The notes: a model not told the origin generated them from the sequence alone. DNA of 63,940 nt, filler included, from Octopus bimaculoides (GCF_001194135.2; 6 parts of 5 records of this genome joined end to end with filler, not necessarily neighbours in it), one strand, 5' to 3'. Positions 37,834-50,669 are shown, counted from the first letter of the whole stretch. Made by a program: numbers and translations.

Positions 37834-38485
37834 TAAAGTTTATGGCGATCACCGTGCAATGACTACGGAAAATAGTCTAATAAAGAGGAATATTGGACAT
37901 TTAGAAAAAAGAAAGCTCACCTATTCGCGTGGGAGTCGAACCCACATCCTTTTGTTAACACGACTAAGTGTGCTACCTTTACGCCAGCGAATTAGCCTCC
38001 ACTTTTCTGTCAAATTCAAGAACTATAATAGATCGTGTTTGTTTCCTTAGTCATTGCACGGTGATCACCATAAGCTTAAAGCTCATATAAAAACACCATT
38101 ATTATTATTTACAGGTTTGTAAACACTGCACTGTGTGAAAAATAACCATTCGCACCGAAAGCATATAGAAAGTTTGCTTACATAAAAACAAACACGAACT
38201 ATTATAGTTCTTAAATTTGACAGAAATGGGGAGGCTAATTCGCTGGTGTAAAGGTAGCACACTTAGTTGCGTTAACAAAGGGATGTGGGTTAGATTCCCA
38301 CGCGGATAGGAAAGCCTTCTTTTTTCTATCAAGGGCTTATTTGCCCCTTTATTAGACTATTTTCCTTAGTCAATGCACGGTGATCACCATAAGATTTAAG
38401 CTTATATAAAAATATCATTATTATTATTCACAGGATTATAAACACGGCGCCGTATAAAAACCTTTCGCACCGAAAGTATATATAT
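37833..38485. repeat. Inverted plus tandem repeat containing two divergent tRNA-like heads
   Basis: Arms 37833-38044 and 38184-38399 are reverse complements; 38043-38165 repeats directly at 38361-38485; A box tgg(c/t)gtaaagg, T arm gtggg-ttcgact-cccac. Confidence 0.85.
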
Positions 38486-38560
38486 ATAAGGATTTACTTT
38501 TCGTAACGAGATTAAAAAAATCCAAGGCTGTGTATATTTCAGAACATTTATAAATAGAAT

Positions 38561-38608
38561 GTCTTACAGCTGTTTCCAGCATTTTTATTATATCCCTTCA
38601 TCGGAGAC
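38561..38608 (-). ncRNA. Hammerhead-like motif (type I, U4C variant, decayed stem II)
   Basis: gtct CCGAUGA ... GAAA cagctg UA agac; stem I gtct/agac, palindromic ACAGCUGU stem III, GUA site. Confidence 0.55.
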
Positions 38609-38637
38609 GGTGTAAGAGGATGGTTATACCGCTCATA

Positions 38638-38670
<33 letters not shown>

Positions 38671-39824
38671 NNNNNNNNNNNNNNNNNNNNNNNNNNNNNN
38701 NNNNNNNNNNNNNNNNNNNNNNNNNNNNNNNNNNNNNNNNNNNNNNNNNNNNNNNNNNNNNNNNNNNNNNNNNNNNNNNNNNNNNNNNNNNNNNNNNNNN
38801 NNNNNNNNNNNNNNNNNNNNNNNNNNNNNNNNNNNNNNNNNNNNNNNNNNNNNNNNNNNNNNNNNNNNNNNNNNNNNNNNNNNNNNNNNNNNNNNNNNNN
38901 NNNNNNNNNNNNNNNNNNNNNNNNNNNNNNNNNNNNNNNNNNNNNNNNNNNNNNNNNNNNNNNNNNNNNNNNNNNNNNNNNNNNNNNNNNNNNNNNNNNN
39001 NNNNNNNNNNNNNNNNNNNNNNNNNNNNNNNNNNNNNNNNNNNNNNNNNNNNNNNNNNNNNNNNNNNNNNNNNNNNNNNNNNNNNNNNNNNNNNNNNNNN
39101 NNNNNNNNNNNNNNNNNNNNNNNNNNNNNNNNNNNNNNNNNNNNNNNNNNNNNNNNNNNNNNNNNNNNNNNNNNNNNNNNNNNNNNNNNNNNNNNNNNNN
39201 NNNNNNNNNNNNNNNNNNNNNNNNNNNNNNNNNNNNNNNNNNNNNNNNNNNNNNNNNNNNNNNNNNNNNNNNNNNNNNNNNNNNNNNNNNNNNNNNNNNN
39301 NNNNNNNNNNNNNNNNNNNNNNNNNNNNNNNNNNNNNNNNNNNNNNNNNNNNNNNNNNNNNNNNNNNNNNNNNNNNNNNNNNNNNNNNNNNNNNNNNNNN
39401 NNNATATATATATATATATATATAATTTGATAAACCTACAAGACTAGGTGAAAGCGCTAATTTATAAAACATGTGACATATGAATGAAATTCTGTAAATA
39501 TACAACCATCCAGACATCTGAGTACCTGATTATTATTTTTTCTAATATAAACATAAATGTACATATACCTACTCATTCACAGTTATACCACTGCATACAT
39601 TCATATATGTTTGTGTGTGTATTCGTTTCTGCTATTTTCAACTCCAATGATTAGTTTGGAATAAACTTTTATTGAACTCTGTTCATTTTTAAGGCAGTGC
39701 TGCAGTCCTACGACTGAAACAATCAAAAGAATTATATTAATCCATTTTGTAGTTCAGATTTTGATTTATAGATTTATGCTAAAGTGTTTTCTGTCGCTTT
39801 TTTCTAAATTCATCTTTTACCTTT

Positions 39825-40026
39825 TAATTGTTTCAGTCATTTGACTGTAGCCATGCTGGGGCCCCACCTTGAAGGATTTTCTTCTTACAAATCAACCCTA
39901 GGGGTTTTTTCTAAGCCTAGTATTTATTCTCTGGGTCTATGCCGAACCGCTAAGTTACGGGGACGTAAACACACCAGCACCGGTTGTCAAGTGGTGGTGG
40001 GGGACAAATACACATACACATATACA
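39825..40026 (-). mobile_element. SINE family C, 3' half
   Basis: ttcagtcatttgactgtagccatgctgg...gtaaacacaccagc. Confidence 0.75.
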
Positions 40027-40664
40027 CATTTAGTATTTTTTTCATTTGTCTTGCCCTTTTACAGTCTGTTGTGTCGCTGAATTTTTACTGAGAACATATT
40101 TTTTTCGTGGTTAGATGATTCAGCATCTATTTCTAGCATATAGGAGTCCACTTTTGCTGGTAATCCCTCTTATTCNNNNNNNNNNNNNNNNNNNNNNNNN
40201 NNNNNNNNNNNNNNNNNNNNNNNNNNNNNNNNNNNNNNNNNNNNNNNNNNNNNNNNNNNNNNNNNNNNNNNNNNNNNNNNNNNNNNNNNNNNNNNNNNNN
40301 NNNNNNNNNNNNNNNNNNNNNNNNNNNNNNNNNNNNNNNNNNNNNNNNNNNNNNNNNNNNNNNNNNNNNNNNNNNNNNNNNNNNNNNNNNNNNNNNNNNN
40401 NNNNNNNNNNNNNNNNNNNNNNNNNNNNNNNNNNNNNNNNNNNNNNNNNNNNNNNNNNNNNNNNNNNNNNNNNNNNNNNNNNNNNNNNNNNNNNNNNNNN
40501 NNNNNNNNNNNNNCATTTAGTATTTTTTTCATTTGTCTTGCCCTTTTACAGTCTGTTGTGTCGCTGAATTTTTACTGAGAACATATTTTTTTCGTGGTTA
40601 GATGATTCAGCATCTATTTCTAGCATATAGGAGTCCACTTTTGCTGGTAATCCCTCTTATTCTT

Positions 40665-40850
40665 GTATCACATACACAGATATATACATACATATATATT
40701 CAACGGGCGTCTTTCAGTTTCCGTCAAACAAATTCACTCACACCCCGAGGTTATAGTAGAAGACACTTGCTCAAGGTGTGACGCAGTGGGACTGAAGCCG
40801 GAATATGTGGTTGGGAAGCAAGCTTCTTGCCACACAGCCACGCCTGCGCC
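40665..40850 (-). mobile_element. SINE family C, 5' half
   Basis: tttcagtttccgtc...agaagacacttgc...gggaagcaagcttctt. Confidence 0.75.
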
Positions 40851-40879
40851 TTGTAGATTATCATATTAAAATTAAGAAA

Positions 40880-41500
40880 ATAAAGCAAAATCAGAATATT
40901 GTATTTAATGAGTTTGAAGCAGCCAAAACTACAGTATCAACCAAGAATTTAGCAAAGGAACGTACTGCTGAAGATTGGCTTGCTTAACAAATGTTGTGAG
41001 TCAAGAACTCTGATTAAGAGGAACTCCTTTCTGCGATTAACAACGACTAATTGAAAGCTATTAATAGAGTCGATTCACTCAAAACAACCCAAGAGTTTTG
41101 ATTAAAAAAAATTAAACGTTGACTATTTGACAGTAGTTAATATTTACACTACCACTTTGGAAAGTAAATTATGCACTATATAAGAAGACCAAAGAAGTTC
41201 AATGAATATATATCATCACAACGAAGTTTTCTCTCCTTTTGTACAACAAAGACCAGTCATTTTTGCGATGAAAGATATGATGTATACGTTAACCGACAAC
41301 GTTCCACAAAGTCACTAGACTTTCGCAAAGCTGCATTAAAAGAATTTATGGACAGTGTTTGGTGTACGGCAAGTGAAATAATCCACTATTATTTCTTAAA
41401 TCCTGATGGAACTATTGCAGCAAGGAAATGTTGCCAGGAATCCAACAACATACATTAACAACTGCAATGTTTACACTCTGCGTTGGTGAATCGAAAAGCA
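40880..41500 (+). mobile_element. Highly decayed mariner transposase
   Basis: CDERYDVYVNRQRS, VWCTASEIIHYYFLNP, CCQE, ALVNRK (cf. DEKWILYDNRKRS, VWWSASGIIHY, ALVNRK). Confidence 0.65.
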
Positions 41501-41694
41501 ACACTTGGTCTTATTTCTTGAAAATGAGGCTGAAGTTGATCGAAATGCAAACTCTTACATTACCCCAAATCTCTCTTCGACTACTACATTTTCAAGCATC
41601 TCAGTAACTTCCGAGGAGCTGCTCAAAACACCTTCGATGGTTAAAAGTCACAATTATTTTCGCCACAGCTGTTTCGTATATATATTTTTATATA

Positions 41695-41910
41695 TCTTTT
41701 ATTGTTTTCAGTTATTGGACTGCGACCATGCTGGGGCACCGCTTTGAAGGGCTTAGTCGAACAAATCGACCCCAGTACTTATTTTTTTTAAACCTAGTAC
41801 TTACTCTATCCTACTTTTACCGAACCACAACGTTATGGGGACGTAAACAAACCAACACCAGTTGTCAAGCTGTGGTAGTGGGACAAACATAATAGAAAGA
41901 CACACACGTA
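41695..41910 (-). mobile_element. SINE family C, 3' half
   Basis: Same consensus. Confidence 0.75.
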
Positions 41911-41922
41911 GATATATTCATT

Positions 41923-41960
<38 letters not shown>

Positions 41961-42060
41961 NNNNNNNNNNNNNNNNNNNNNNNNNNNNNNNNNNNNNNNN
42001 NNNNTTAATTAATTAANNNNNNNNNNNNNNNNNNNNNNNNNNNNNNNNNNNNNNNNNNNN

Positions 42061-42317
42061 TATCATAGTTGGGGCCTTAGGTATAATAAAAAAATATTCA
42101 GACAAATACATAACAAAAACACCAGGACTTACAAATATATATAACATACAGAAAATTGCACTACTGGGCACTGCACACATCCTACGCAAAACACTTTCAA
42201 TACAGTAACCATAAGAGCATCACAGCAAACCACAGCACATACCCAAGGCGCACAGAGCTGCGCTCGGTAGTGAAGTGAAAGCACGTTATAAAAATAAAAC
42301 TACTGAACAACAACAAC

Positions 42318-42355
<38 letters not shown>

Positions 42356-42363
42356 TAATAATA
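42061..42363 (+). mobile_element. Dong/R4-type LINE 3' end with (AAT)n tail
   Basis: IIVGALGIIKK...IQKIALLGTAHILRKTLSIQ*, about 100-nt 3' UTR, then (AAC)n(AAT)n. Confidence 0.85.
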
Positions 42364-42430
42364 AAACGCAAATACAAAATTTACCACTTTTATGAAAGAA
42401 GATAAATTCTACAACATATGTTGAAGGAAA

Positions 42431-43650
42431 TTATGTAAGAGCTTCTGGTTAAACAGCATTCTTTGTTTTCTAGTTTGGAGCATAGACAAATAAGTCTTGC
42501 AAACTACCTACCCTGGAGCAACCAACATAAAGTTGGCCATGAGAAAATGAAGCCAGTAGATTTCAAAGAATCACCTTGAGCTTTATTAATAGACATTGCA
42601 AAGAAAAGTCACGTTGGGAATTGTGTTTGTTTGAACTCAAATGGCATGTCTGTTGGTTTGATTGGAATTCTTGGAATGAAAACCTCTTCCCCAAAGGCAC
42701 ATCCAGTGATGATGGTAGCTTCTGTCACATAAGGTGGTAATGTCTTCACAATCAACCTTGTCCCATTGCATAATTTTGGCGGATCTAAATTTATTAGAAG
42801 CATTATTGGGACTCCTACCTTCAGGAAAAGTTTATGTGGAGGAATTCCAGGGGACTCAAGAGAATTAAGGAACTCTGTTGGGTAATGGACAGCTTGATTT
42901 TCATCAAGAACTGAATCAACTGATTTGCACTTCTGTATGACTGTTGGAATCTTATTCATTAATCATGATTAATCCTTGCTACTGTCTCATTTTTTTGAGC
43001 AAGAATTGCCTTTTCACACAACCATTTATGTGATTTATAACTATTACTTAAGTCTTAAAATACCCTGTTCTTCAATTCAACTGGGGAATTCATCATGATA
43101 GCAATGAGCTGAACTGATATCACTTACCCATTTCCTAACTGAAGGAGCCAGGTTGAAAACTGTTTTGCACATTGATCCCCATATAATAAAGCTCACACAT
43201 TAGTATTGAAGGAGAATTTCAGTACTTTTTTTTCCATAGGTGTGAAGACTTAATGCATGCTTTTATTTCATCAGATCTTGTTCATCTTGGAATGACTGGT
43301 AATGTCAGTCTGAAGTCTTCTGATAAAACTAATGTAACTCCTCCCATAGATTTAATGTTGCCTCTGATGTCCTGTAAGGTCTTACCAAGAGCTTTCATTG
43401 CACCTCTATGTGACATGGTGCATTCATCCCAAATGATAAGGTGGCATTGGCACAACACTTCTGCTGAACCTGAATCTTTGCTTATGTTACAAATTGGACA
43501 GTCATTTGTGATCAGGTTTAGTGGTAATTTCATCCTCCAGGGAGAATGGTGGCAGCAAAGCCAGATAATGGTACAGCAACTGCAATTCTTTTTTGTTACC
43601 TTACCTTGGAGAGAAGCAATGTTACAAATGAATAAGATAAACATGGAATG
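42431..43650 (-). mobile_element. Helitron PIF1-helicase fragment (pseudogenised)
   Basis: [72 protein letters not shown]. Confidence 0.95.
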
Positions 43651-44078
43651 AAAAATCGCGTAAATAGAAGCACGTTAAAAATTATCTTGTACCAAAAAAT
43701 GCTAAAAACTATCTTGCATGTTAAAAATTATCTTTGTGAACTTAATAAATATTTCTTTCAGTAAGTTATTGTAGTTGTTTACAAATAGCAAACATTAAAA
43801 TAGTGAGTGAGAGACTTCACCATTTTTACGTTAATACCGCAAGTTGACATTGAGAAACCTTTTTAAAGAAGTAAAGCATAAATATAAAGCAATATTTTTT
43901 ATTTTTAATTAAAAAATCAAATGAAGAGCCTAACATGTGCCAATGGTCAAATTATTCATGCATCACAAGTATGGAAGTAATTGGTGCAGCCATTTTCACA
44001 TGTGTGAATACTCACACATCTCTATTTTATATTTTTTGAGATGACAAAGGAATAAACAATTATCTTATGGACTATATT

Positions 44079-44159
44079 AGCTTACAGTTGTTTCTGCTAT
44101 AAGATGCAATGAACTCATAGTTGAGTGACTGAGTATCATCTTATAGTCTCATGAGAGCT
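44079..44159 (-). ncRNA. Hammerhead-like motif with 10-bp stem II (G5C core change)
   Basis: agct CUCAUGA ga ctataagatg...catcttatag ca GAAA caactg UA agct. Confidence 0.55.
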
Positions 44160-44369
44160 TCAGCCATGATACACACATACACACACACACTTTCATTTTA
44201 GTCTGATTTTTCATTCTTGTCTTCTCTGATACAAACATACTACCCCTTATTTAGTTTTCCAACAAAAGGACATTACACACACATACACATGTATGTGTAT
44301 GCATCACTGTATAAATGAGTATGTTTGTGTGTGTGTGTGCATATGCATCTGAGAGTGTATGATTGTGTG

Positions 44370-44655
44370 GATAGAAGTTTGCTACTCAACCACACTATAG
44401 CCCCAGACTGACCAAGGCCTCATGAGTGGATTTGGTAGGTGGAAACTGAAAGAAGCCTGTAGTATATATACCTGTGTGTTTGTCCACCACCACTGCTTGG
44501 TTTGTTTACGTCTCTGTAACTTAGCTGTTCAACAAAAGTGACCAATAGAATAAGTAACAGTCTCAAAAAATAAGTACTGGAGTTGATGTGTTCAACTAAA
44601 ACCCCTATGTTACATGGTTGCAGTATAATGACTAAAATAAATAAAACATAAAAAG
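44370..44655 (+). mobile_element. SINE family C (diverged)
   Basis: gtgagtggatttggtaggtggaaactgaaagaagc...tttacgtctctgtaac. Confidence 0.7.
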
Positions 44656-46455
44656 TAATATATGTATACACACACACGAACAAGCATGGATAGGCACCTT
44701 GAGCAAGTGCTTTTTACTATCACCCAGGGCCATCAAAAGCCTTGTGAGTGTATGCATGCACGTAGGTAGGTAGGTAGGTAGGTAAGTACATGAATATGTG
44801 CATGTGTATGTATAAGCCATAAAAGAGAGGTGAATATTTATTTAACCACATGATGTCCTTAGGGTTGTGGCCATTTCACAACCTTTTTGATGTAGTATTC
44901 ATTTCAGTATGGAAGGAATTATGTTTACATGTTTGCATCAGTATCTATGCTCTACATTATGCAATTGTCTATTTGTAAATCAATGGAAATAAAGAAAGCT
45001 AACTCATGAGGTCACCAGAACATCATGGTTGCACCAGCAATCAACTTGATGTGTGTGTGTGTGTTTATGCACAGGGTGCAACAGGTAAATTGTCGCCATT
45101 TTATATTTTTAATTTCTTGCATGTGCATTCTTTATTTTTGATTTTGTTTACATCTCATAATTAGGTTGCAATACATTTCATAATAGCTAAGATTTCAGTG
45201 ATGCAGAGTAAACATCATTTTAGTATATCCATGATATTGGTTTTGCACATTGTACAATTGACTATTTCATATAATTTGACAAACAAGTGCAATGAGCCTT
45301 AGCTTTGGATAGAAAACTAGAGAAATAGTTTTGCAATCTTACCTAAAATTCCATGCTTTAGGTACCCACATAAACATATTTGGACAGATTTGTAGACAAT
45401 GTTTGTAATCAGATATTTATTGTCCAAGGGGTAGGAGGATGGGTATTTACAGTTATAAAGTCACTCTCCATGTGCATGAGGGGTGCAATGGAGGCTACTG
45501 TTCCTAGTATCTTGATTGGCTGTGTTGCTTGAGTTGACTGTGTTGCCAGGGTACACATTGTCATTTTTAATAGAGCTACCAGCACCATCTCAATTATGTA
45601 TGTTACTGTTGATCGGTATAGACATATTCCTGAGACAGTTGTGTACCTGACGCTATGTTGTCATAGTGGGTGTCAGTATCATCTCTGGACTGGAGTCCAA
45701 AGTGTTGGTAACAGTATGGTGTTTTTGCATTATGTTTTAGTTGCTGTATGTGCATTTAAATTTGTTCATATATGACTGGTGAAACTACTTAAGTTTGTTC
45801 AGGTGGGTGTATTATGCATCTATTTTTGGATATATTAATGTCGCTTTGTGAATGTGGGTACATGTGGTATGGTGTATATGCATGTACATACATTAGCCTG
45901 CGCATGTACACATACATGCTTACATAAAGATATATGTGGGAGTGTGTGTTTGCATTGCCTGTATTGTTTTTATATAAGTGTGAGAATATATATATATATA
46001 TACATACACACACACACATTTATTTATTTCAAGTGTGTTTTCATACACAGACTTGCTGACTTTAACATGCTTGCTTGTTGATTGGTGTGACTATGCTTAT
46101 AGGCATGTTGATGTAGTATATATGTAATAGATTTGTTATGTATATATGTATGTGTACATATATTGTGTTATGCTTTATTTGCATACCTATGTTGAGGTGT
46201 GTATGCATATACACATATGTGTTTATTAATGTAAAACGCATGTATGTATATATGATTGTTTTGATTATATTATGTTTAATTGGTGTATTATTTGTTTGAC
46301 TTATTGATATATGTACATTTGTATTGTTTTTGCTTTATTATTTACATGTCTATATGGACACTGGGATGTTCTTTGTATGTTTTTTCAAAATATGTAGAAG
46401 TTTATATATTCTTTGGTTTTTCATTTATTAATTTTTTTCATATACACATCATCAT

Positions 46456-47710
46456 TATGAGGGAGTACCCAAAAGAAACCAAAATTTTGCAATATTATTT
46501 TATTCACTTAGTTTTACATGTTTACACTTTTACCGCCTTCAAGATATTCTGCATTTGAAGCAATGCATCAGTCCAGATGCATTTTTGACTGTTCAAAGCA
46601 ATCCTGGAACTTTTACGAAGTGATGCCTTTTAATGCCTCTGTCATTTTTTCTTCACTTCTTCCACATTTGCAAAACGTTTTCCTTTTAGGACATTTTTCA
46701 TTTCAGGGTAACAAAAAAAGTCGCAGGAAGCAAGATCGGGTGAATAGGGAGGGTGGTTAAGCAGGATCATGCCATTTTTGGTCAAAAACTGTCTCACAGT
46801 CAAGGCGGTGTGCACAGACGCATTGTCATGATGAAACTACCACTCTCCACTTTGCCACAGGTTGGGGTGTTTTCATCTCAATGTGTCTCACAAATGCTTC
46901 AGAACTGTCAAGTAAAATGTCTGATTAACAGTTTGATCAGAAAGAACAACTATTGTGTGGACAATTCCTTTCGCATCAATGAAACAAATCAGCATTGTCT
47001 GGACATTTGCCTTCACTTGACATGCTTTTGGGGTGTGTGATGACATCGAATGCTTCCACTGACTTGATTGCTGCCTCATTTCTGGGTCATAGTCCTAGTA
47101 CCAGCCATCATCACCAGTGATGACTTTCAAAAAAAGGTCCAGATCAACTTCCAACTGTTCCTGAACAAGCAAGGCACAAATTTTGCTGCAACTCTATTCA
47201 TTTGCAATTCCTCACTCAAAATTCATTGGCAGGAGCTCCAGGATATACCAGTCATATCAAGTTCATCAACTGTTTGGTGATGGTCTTGCAAGATCAGTTC
47301 ACAAACTTTTGTGATGTTTTCATTCATTCAGGAGGTCGATGGTTGCCCTGAATGAGGTTGGTCTTCAAGTGACATGTGACCATTCCTAAAGCATGAGAAC
47401 CACTCATAAACTTGTGTTTTGCTCATGGCAATGTCCTTGTAAGCTGTTTGAAGCATGACAGCTGTTTCGGCTGCTGTTTTCCCCAGCAGAAAACAGAATT
47501 TCACAAAAGCACGTAACTGCAAACATCTATGAAGAGGAGAAAAGCACTGTAAAACAAAGATACACCACGTGGCAGTATGACATCACCTCCCACTGCCAAA
47601 TGGCAGACAGATGCCTGAGGGTCACATCAAGTGGCTTCTAGTGTCAGAAGCCTGAGCTACAATGGGCTTGTCCCACAGAATGTTTTTTGGTTACTTATGG
47701 GTACCTCAAC
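46456..47710 (-). mobile_element. Near full-length decayed mariner with both TIRs
   Basis: FVKFCFLLGKTAAET..VYEWF..FRNG..SLED; TMLICFIDAKGIVH; TVNQTFYLTVLK; TA-tgagggagtacccaaaagaaacc at left, ggttacttatgggtacctca at right. Confidence 0.85.
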
Positions 47711-48962
47711 AGATATACATGTTAGTAATCATGGCCTTTGTAAGTTTGACTTTATAAGCCCCTTTATCATGCTTAATCACATATTCTTTCTTTTATTCTT
47801 ATCTCTACTACTGCTGCCCTGGCATCAGAATTCCAAATTTATTGCCTTGTATTGATGGCTTTCATCTCCTTTATTCTCTCCACTGCTCTGCACCCCACCA
47901 ATGCCTACATTTTTTCTTTTTAAATAAACTGACTGCCTTAAAACACACCCTTTCCTCTCTAATAGAGCTTGTTTGTTGATAATGAATTTCATTGGTCACT
48001 TAACTTAGCTTTGTTTACACCCACCATTCTATTGTGGCCAAAGTTGGTAAATTCTTCACTTTTTTCTTTTCGACAATAACTTGCAACTCACAAGTAAGCT
48101 AAATATGTTACAGCTTTGAGTTTTATAACACATGTTCAGATTGGCTTTGAAACATATGTTGTACAGATTCACATTCTCCATTCTCTACATCAATCAATTT
48201 ATAATTGCATAACTAGCAATCTTCATTGCTAAGCTGTGAGATGTATAACTGCAGTCATCTCATTACAATCTGTCAAATTCAATATGGGCTGAAGTAAGTA
48301 ATATACATTGCTTAATAAACTTTGTTACTTGAGTATTATCTACTTTGTGTAATTTATACAAACTGTGTAGACGCTTGATGCCAACTAATTGCATGTATAA
48401 ACTGGGTGCCTTGACTGTAACTGAAGATGTTCACTCAACCATGTCAGCCTTCATTTTAGGCACAAAATATACTGCCACGTAACACTAATACATGGACGTT
48501 GAGAGAAACATACAGAAGGATCTAAACTTAATCACATACTCATTCTCTACAAACACTTGACAGAAAACATTCAGAGCACTGATTGTTTGGTACTACCATT
48601 AGACTTGTTCAGTCAACTGTGTGAGCCTTAACTTACAGCACTAAACATTGTCACTTGATACAAACACATGGATGTAGCAGGGAACCTGCAAAAATTTCTA
48701 AGACCAGTCAAGTGACTATCCTCTACCAATCAAACCCTATTAAAAACATATACTAATTTGAGCCATGAACCCCCTATAAAAATAGAGCAAGCTTCAAACA
48801 CTAGTCAGGAGCAAGGCAGCTGCGACATAAGCCATGTCTTTCTATTTCAAATTTTTGAAAAGCAGTGTAAACTGTGAAACCAGTTAAATCTTTAAATATA
48901 ATAATAAAAAATAATTCATCTATTCTCAGTGCATTTTCAACTTCTATTTTTCCTATATTTCT

Positions 48963-49133
48963 ATCCGTGTGGCTGTGTGGCTAGTAGCTTGCTTACCAAC
49001 CACATGGTTTCGCGTTCAGTCCCACTGTGTGGCACCTTGGGCAAGTGTCTTCTACTATAGCCTTGGGCCGACCAGTCCTTGTGAGTGGATTTGGTAGATG
49101 GAAACTGAAAGAAGCCCTTCACATATATATATA

Positions 49134-49165
<32 letters not shown>

Positions 49166-49518
49166 TGTGCATATGTTTGTCTCCCCAACATTACTTGGCA
49201 ACTGATGCTGGTGTGTTTACATCCCAGTAGCTTAGTGGTTCAGCATAAGAGACCAATAGAATAAGTACTAGGCTTACAAAGAATAAGTCCTGGGATTGAT
49301 TTGCTTGACTTAAGGTGGTGCTTCAGCATGGCGACAGTCAAAGAGCTGAAAGAAGTAAAAGCAAAGAACAATGTGGTAAGTAGCTTGCTTACCAACCACA
49401 TGGTTCTGGGTTGAGTCCCACTGTGTGGCACCTTGGGCAAGTGTCTTCTACTACAGCTTCAGGCCAACCAAAGCCTTGCGAGTGGATTTGGTAGACAGAA
49501 ACTGAAAGAAGATTGTTG

Positions 49519-49604
<86 letters not shown>

Positions 49605-49795
49605 TCCCCTTCACCATTGCCTGACAACCAATGTTGATGTGTTCACGTCCCCATAACTTAACGGTTCGGCAAAAGAGACCGATAGAATAAGTACTAGGCT
49701 TACAAAGAATAAGTCCTGGGGTCGATTTGTTCGACTAAAGGTGATGCTCCAGCATGGCTGCAGTCAAATGACTGAAACAAATAAAAGAATAGAAG
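48963..49795 (+). mobile_element. Two head-to-tail SINE family C copies
   Basis: 48963-49370 and 49371-49795 each run agcttgcttaccaaccacatgg...cagcatggc..cagtcaa. Confidence 0.85.
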
Positions 49796-50425
49796 AATAT
49801 AAATATAATAAAAATATATAGATCTATCAATACCTTAAAAATGTATAAATACATTAAGAATATATTGAAAATATAAATACATATATAGATTGATTTATAG
49901 AATAAAAACGATACCATAGAACTAGATAGAAAGTTAAGTAAAACATAAAAGGTTTGAGTATTAATAATCTGATGGCCAGTTCTGGAGGTCCAGTTGTGTA
50001 GTCAAATGAAGGATATTTATATCCATTATTGGACACTGCCTCCTTCTTCAGGGAAGAGTAAAGTACTAGAGAGATTCACATTTGCTGCATTTTTATAATG
50101 GGGAAACGTAGTAAATGTGAATCTCTCTTGTACTTTACTTTTTTCTGAAAAATTAGGCAGTGTCCCATAATGGATATAAATATCCTTTATTTGACTGGAC
50201 AACTGGACCCCCAGAAACAGCCGTCGGATTATTAATACTCAAACCTTTTGTTTTACTTTTTGCTAGACTCTAAACATTTTATCTAGTTCTATGGTATCGT
50301 TTTTATTCTGTAAGTTGATCTATATATATATTTATATTTTCAATATATTCTTAATGAATTTATATATTCATGTATTTATATATTTTTAATGAAATGATAA
50401 ATCTATATATTTTTATCATATTTAT
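49795..50425. repeat. ~630-bp imperfect palindrome (two inverted copies of a hammerhead-like terminal repeat)
   Basis: 49795-50093 is the reverse complement of 50103-50425 (e.g. ggtttgagtattaataatc / gattattaatactcaaacc); loop about 10 nt. Confidence 0.9.
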
Positions 50426-50669
50426 ATATCTATATATTTTTAATATATTTGATGTATTAAATATATTTTCAAATTTATGCATATTAGGTCTATGGTTGAA
50501 TATATGTATTATTATGTGAATTTGCCTAACTTGACTCTCATTTCTATATTCATCTAACACCTGAAGTTTGAATATCTAGAGCATTTCTAAGTATGGTCTA
50601 TATATCGGAAAAATTTTTTTCTCTTTTAAATATAGCTATATAGATGTTATTTTTCTTTTTTTTCCCTCT

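Noticed and set aside
37915-38310. tRNA genes (also 61021-61093 and SINE heads)
   Set aside because: Anticodon or acceptor stems are broken and the sequences are embedded in repeats; promoter-like remnants only
40027-40662. Identical 149-bp direct repeat (40027-40175, 40514-40662); likewise 5387-5436 / 5448-5497
   Set aside because: Copies directly flank a gap, the signature of unmerged overlapping contigs
47455-47475. GAAACAGCTGTC hammerhead-like half
   Set aside because: Encodes AAETAV in the mariner transposase; no CUGANGA partner. Shows half-motifs occur by chance
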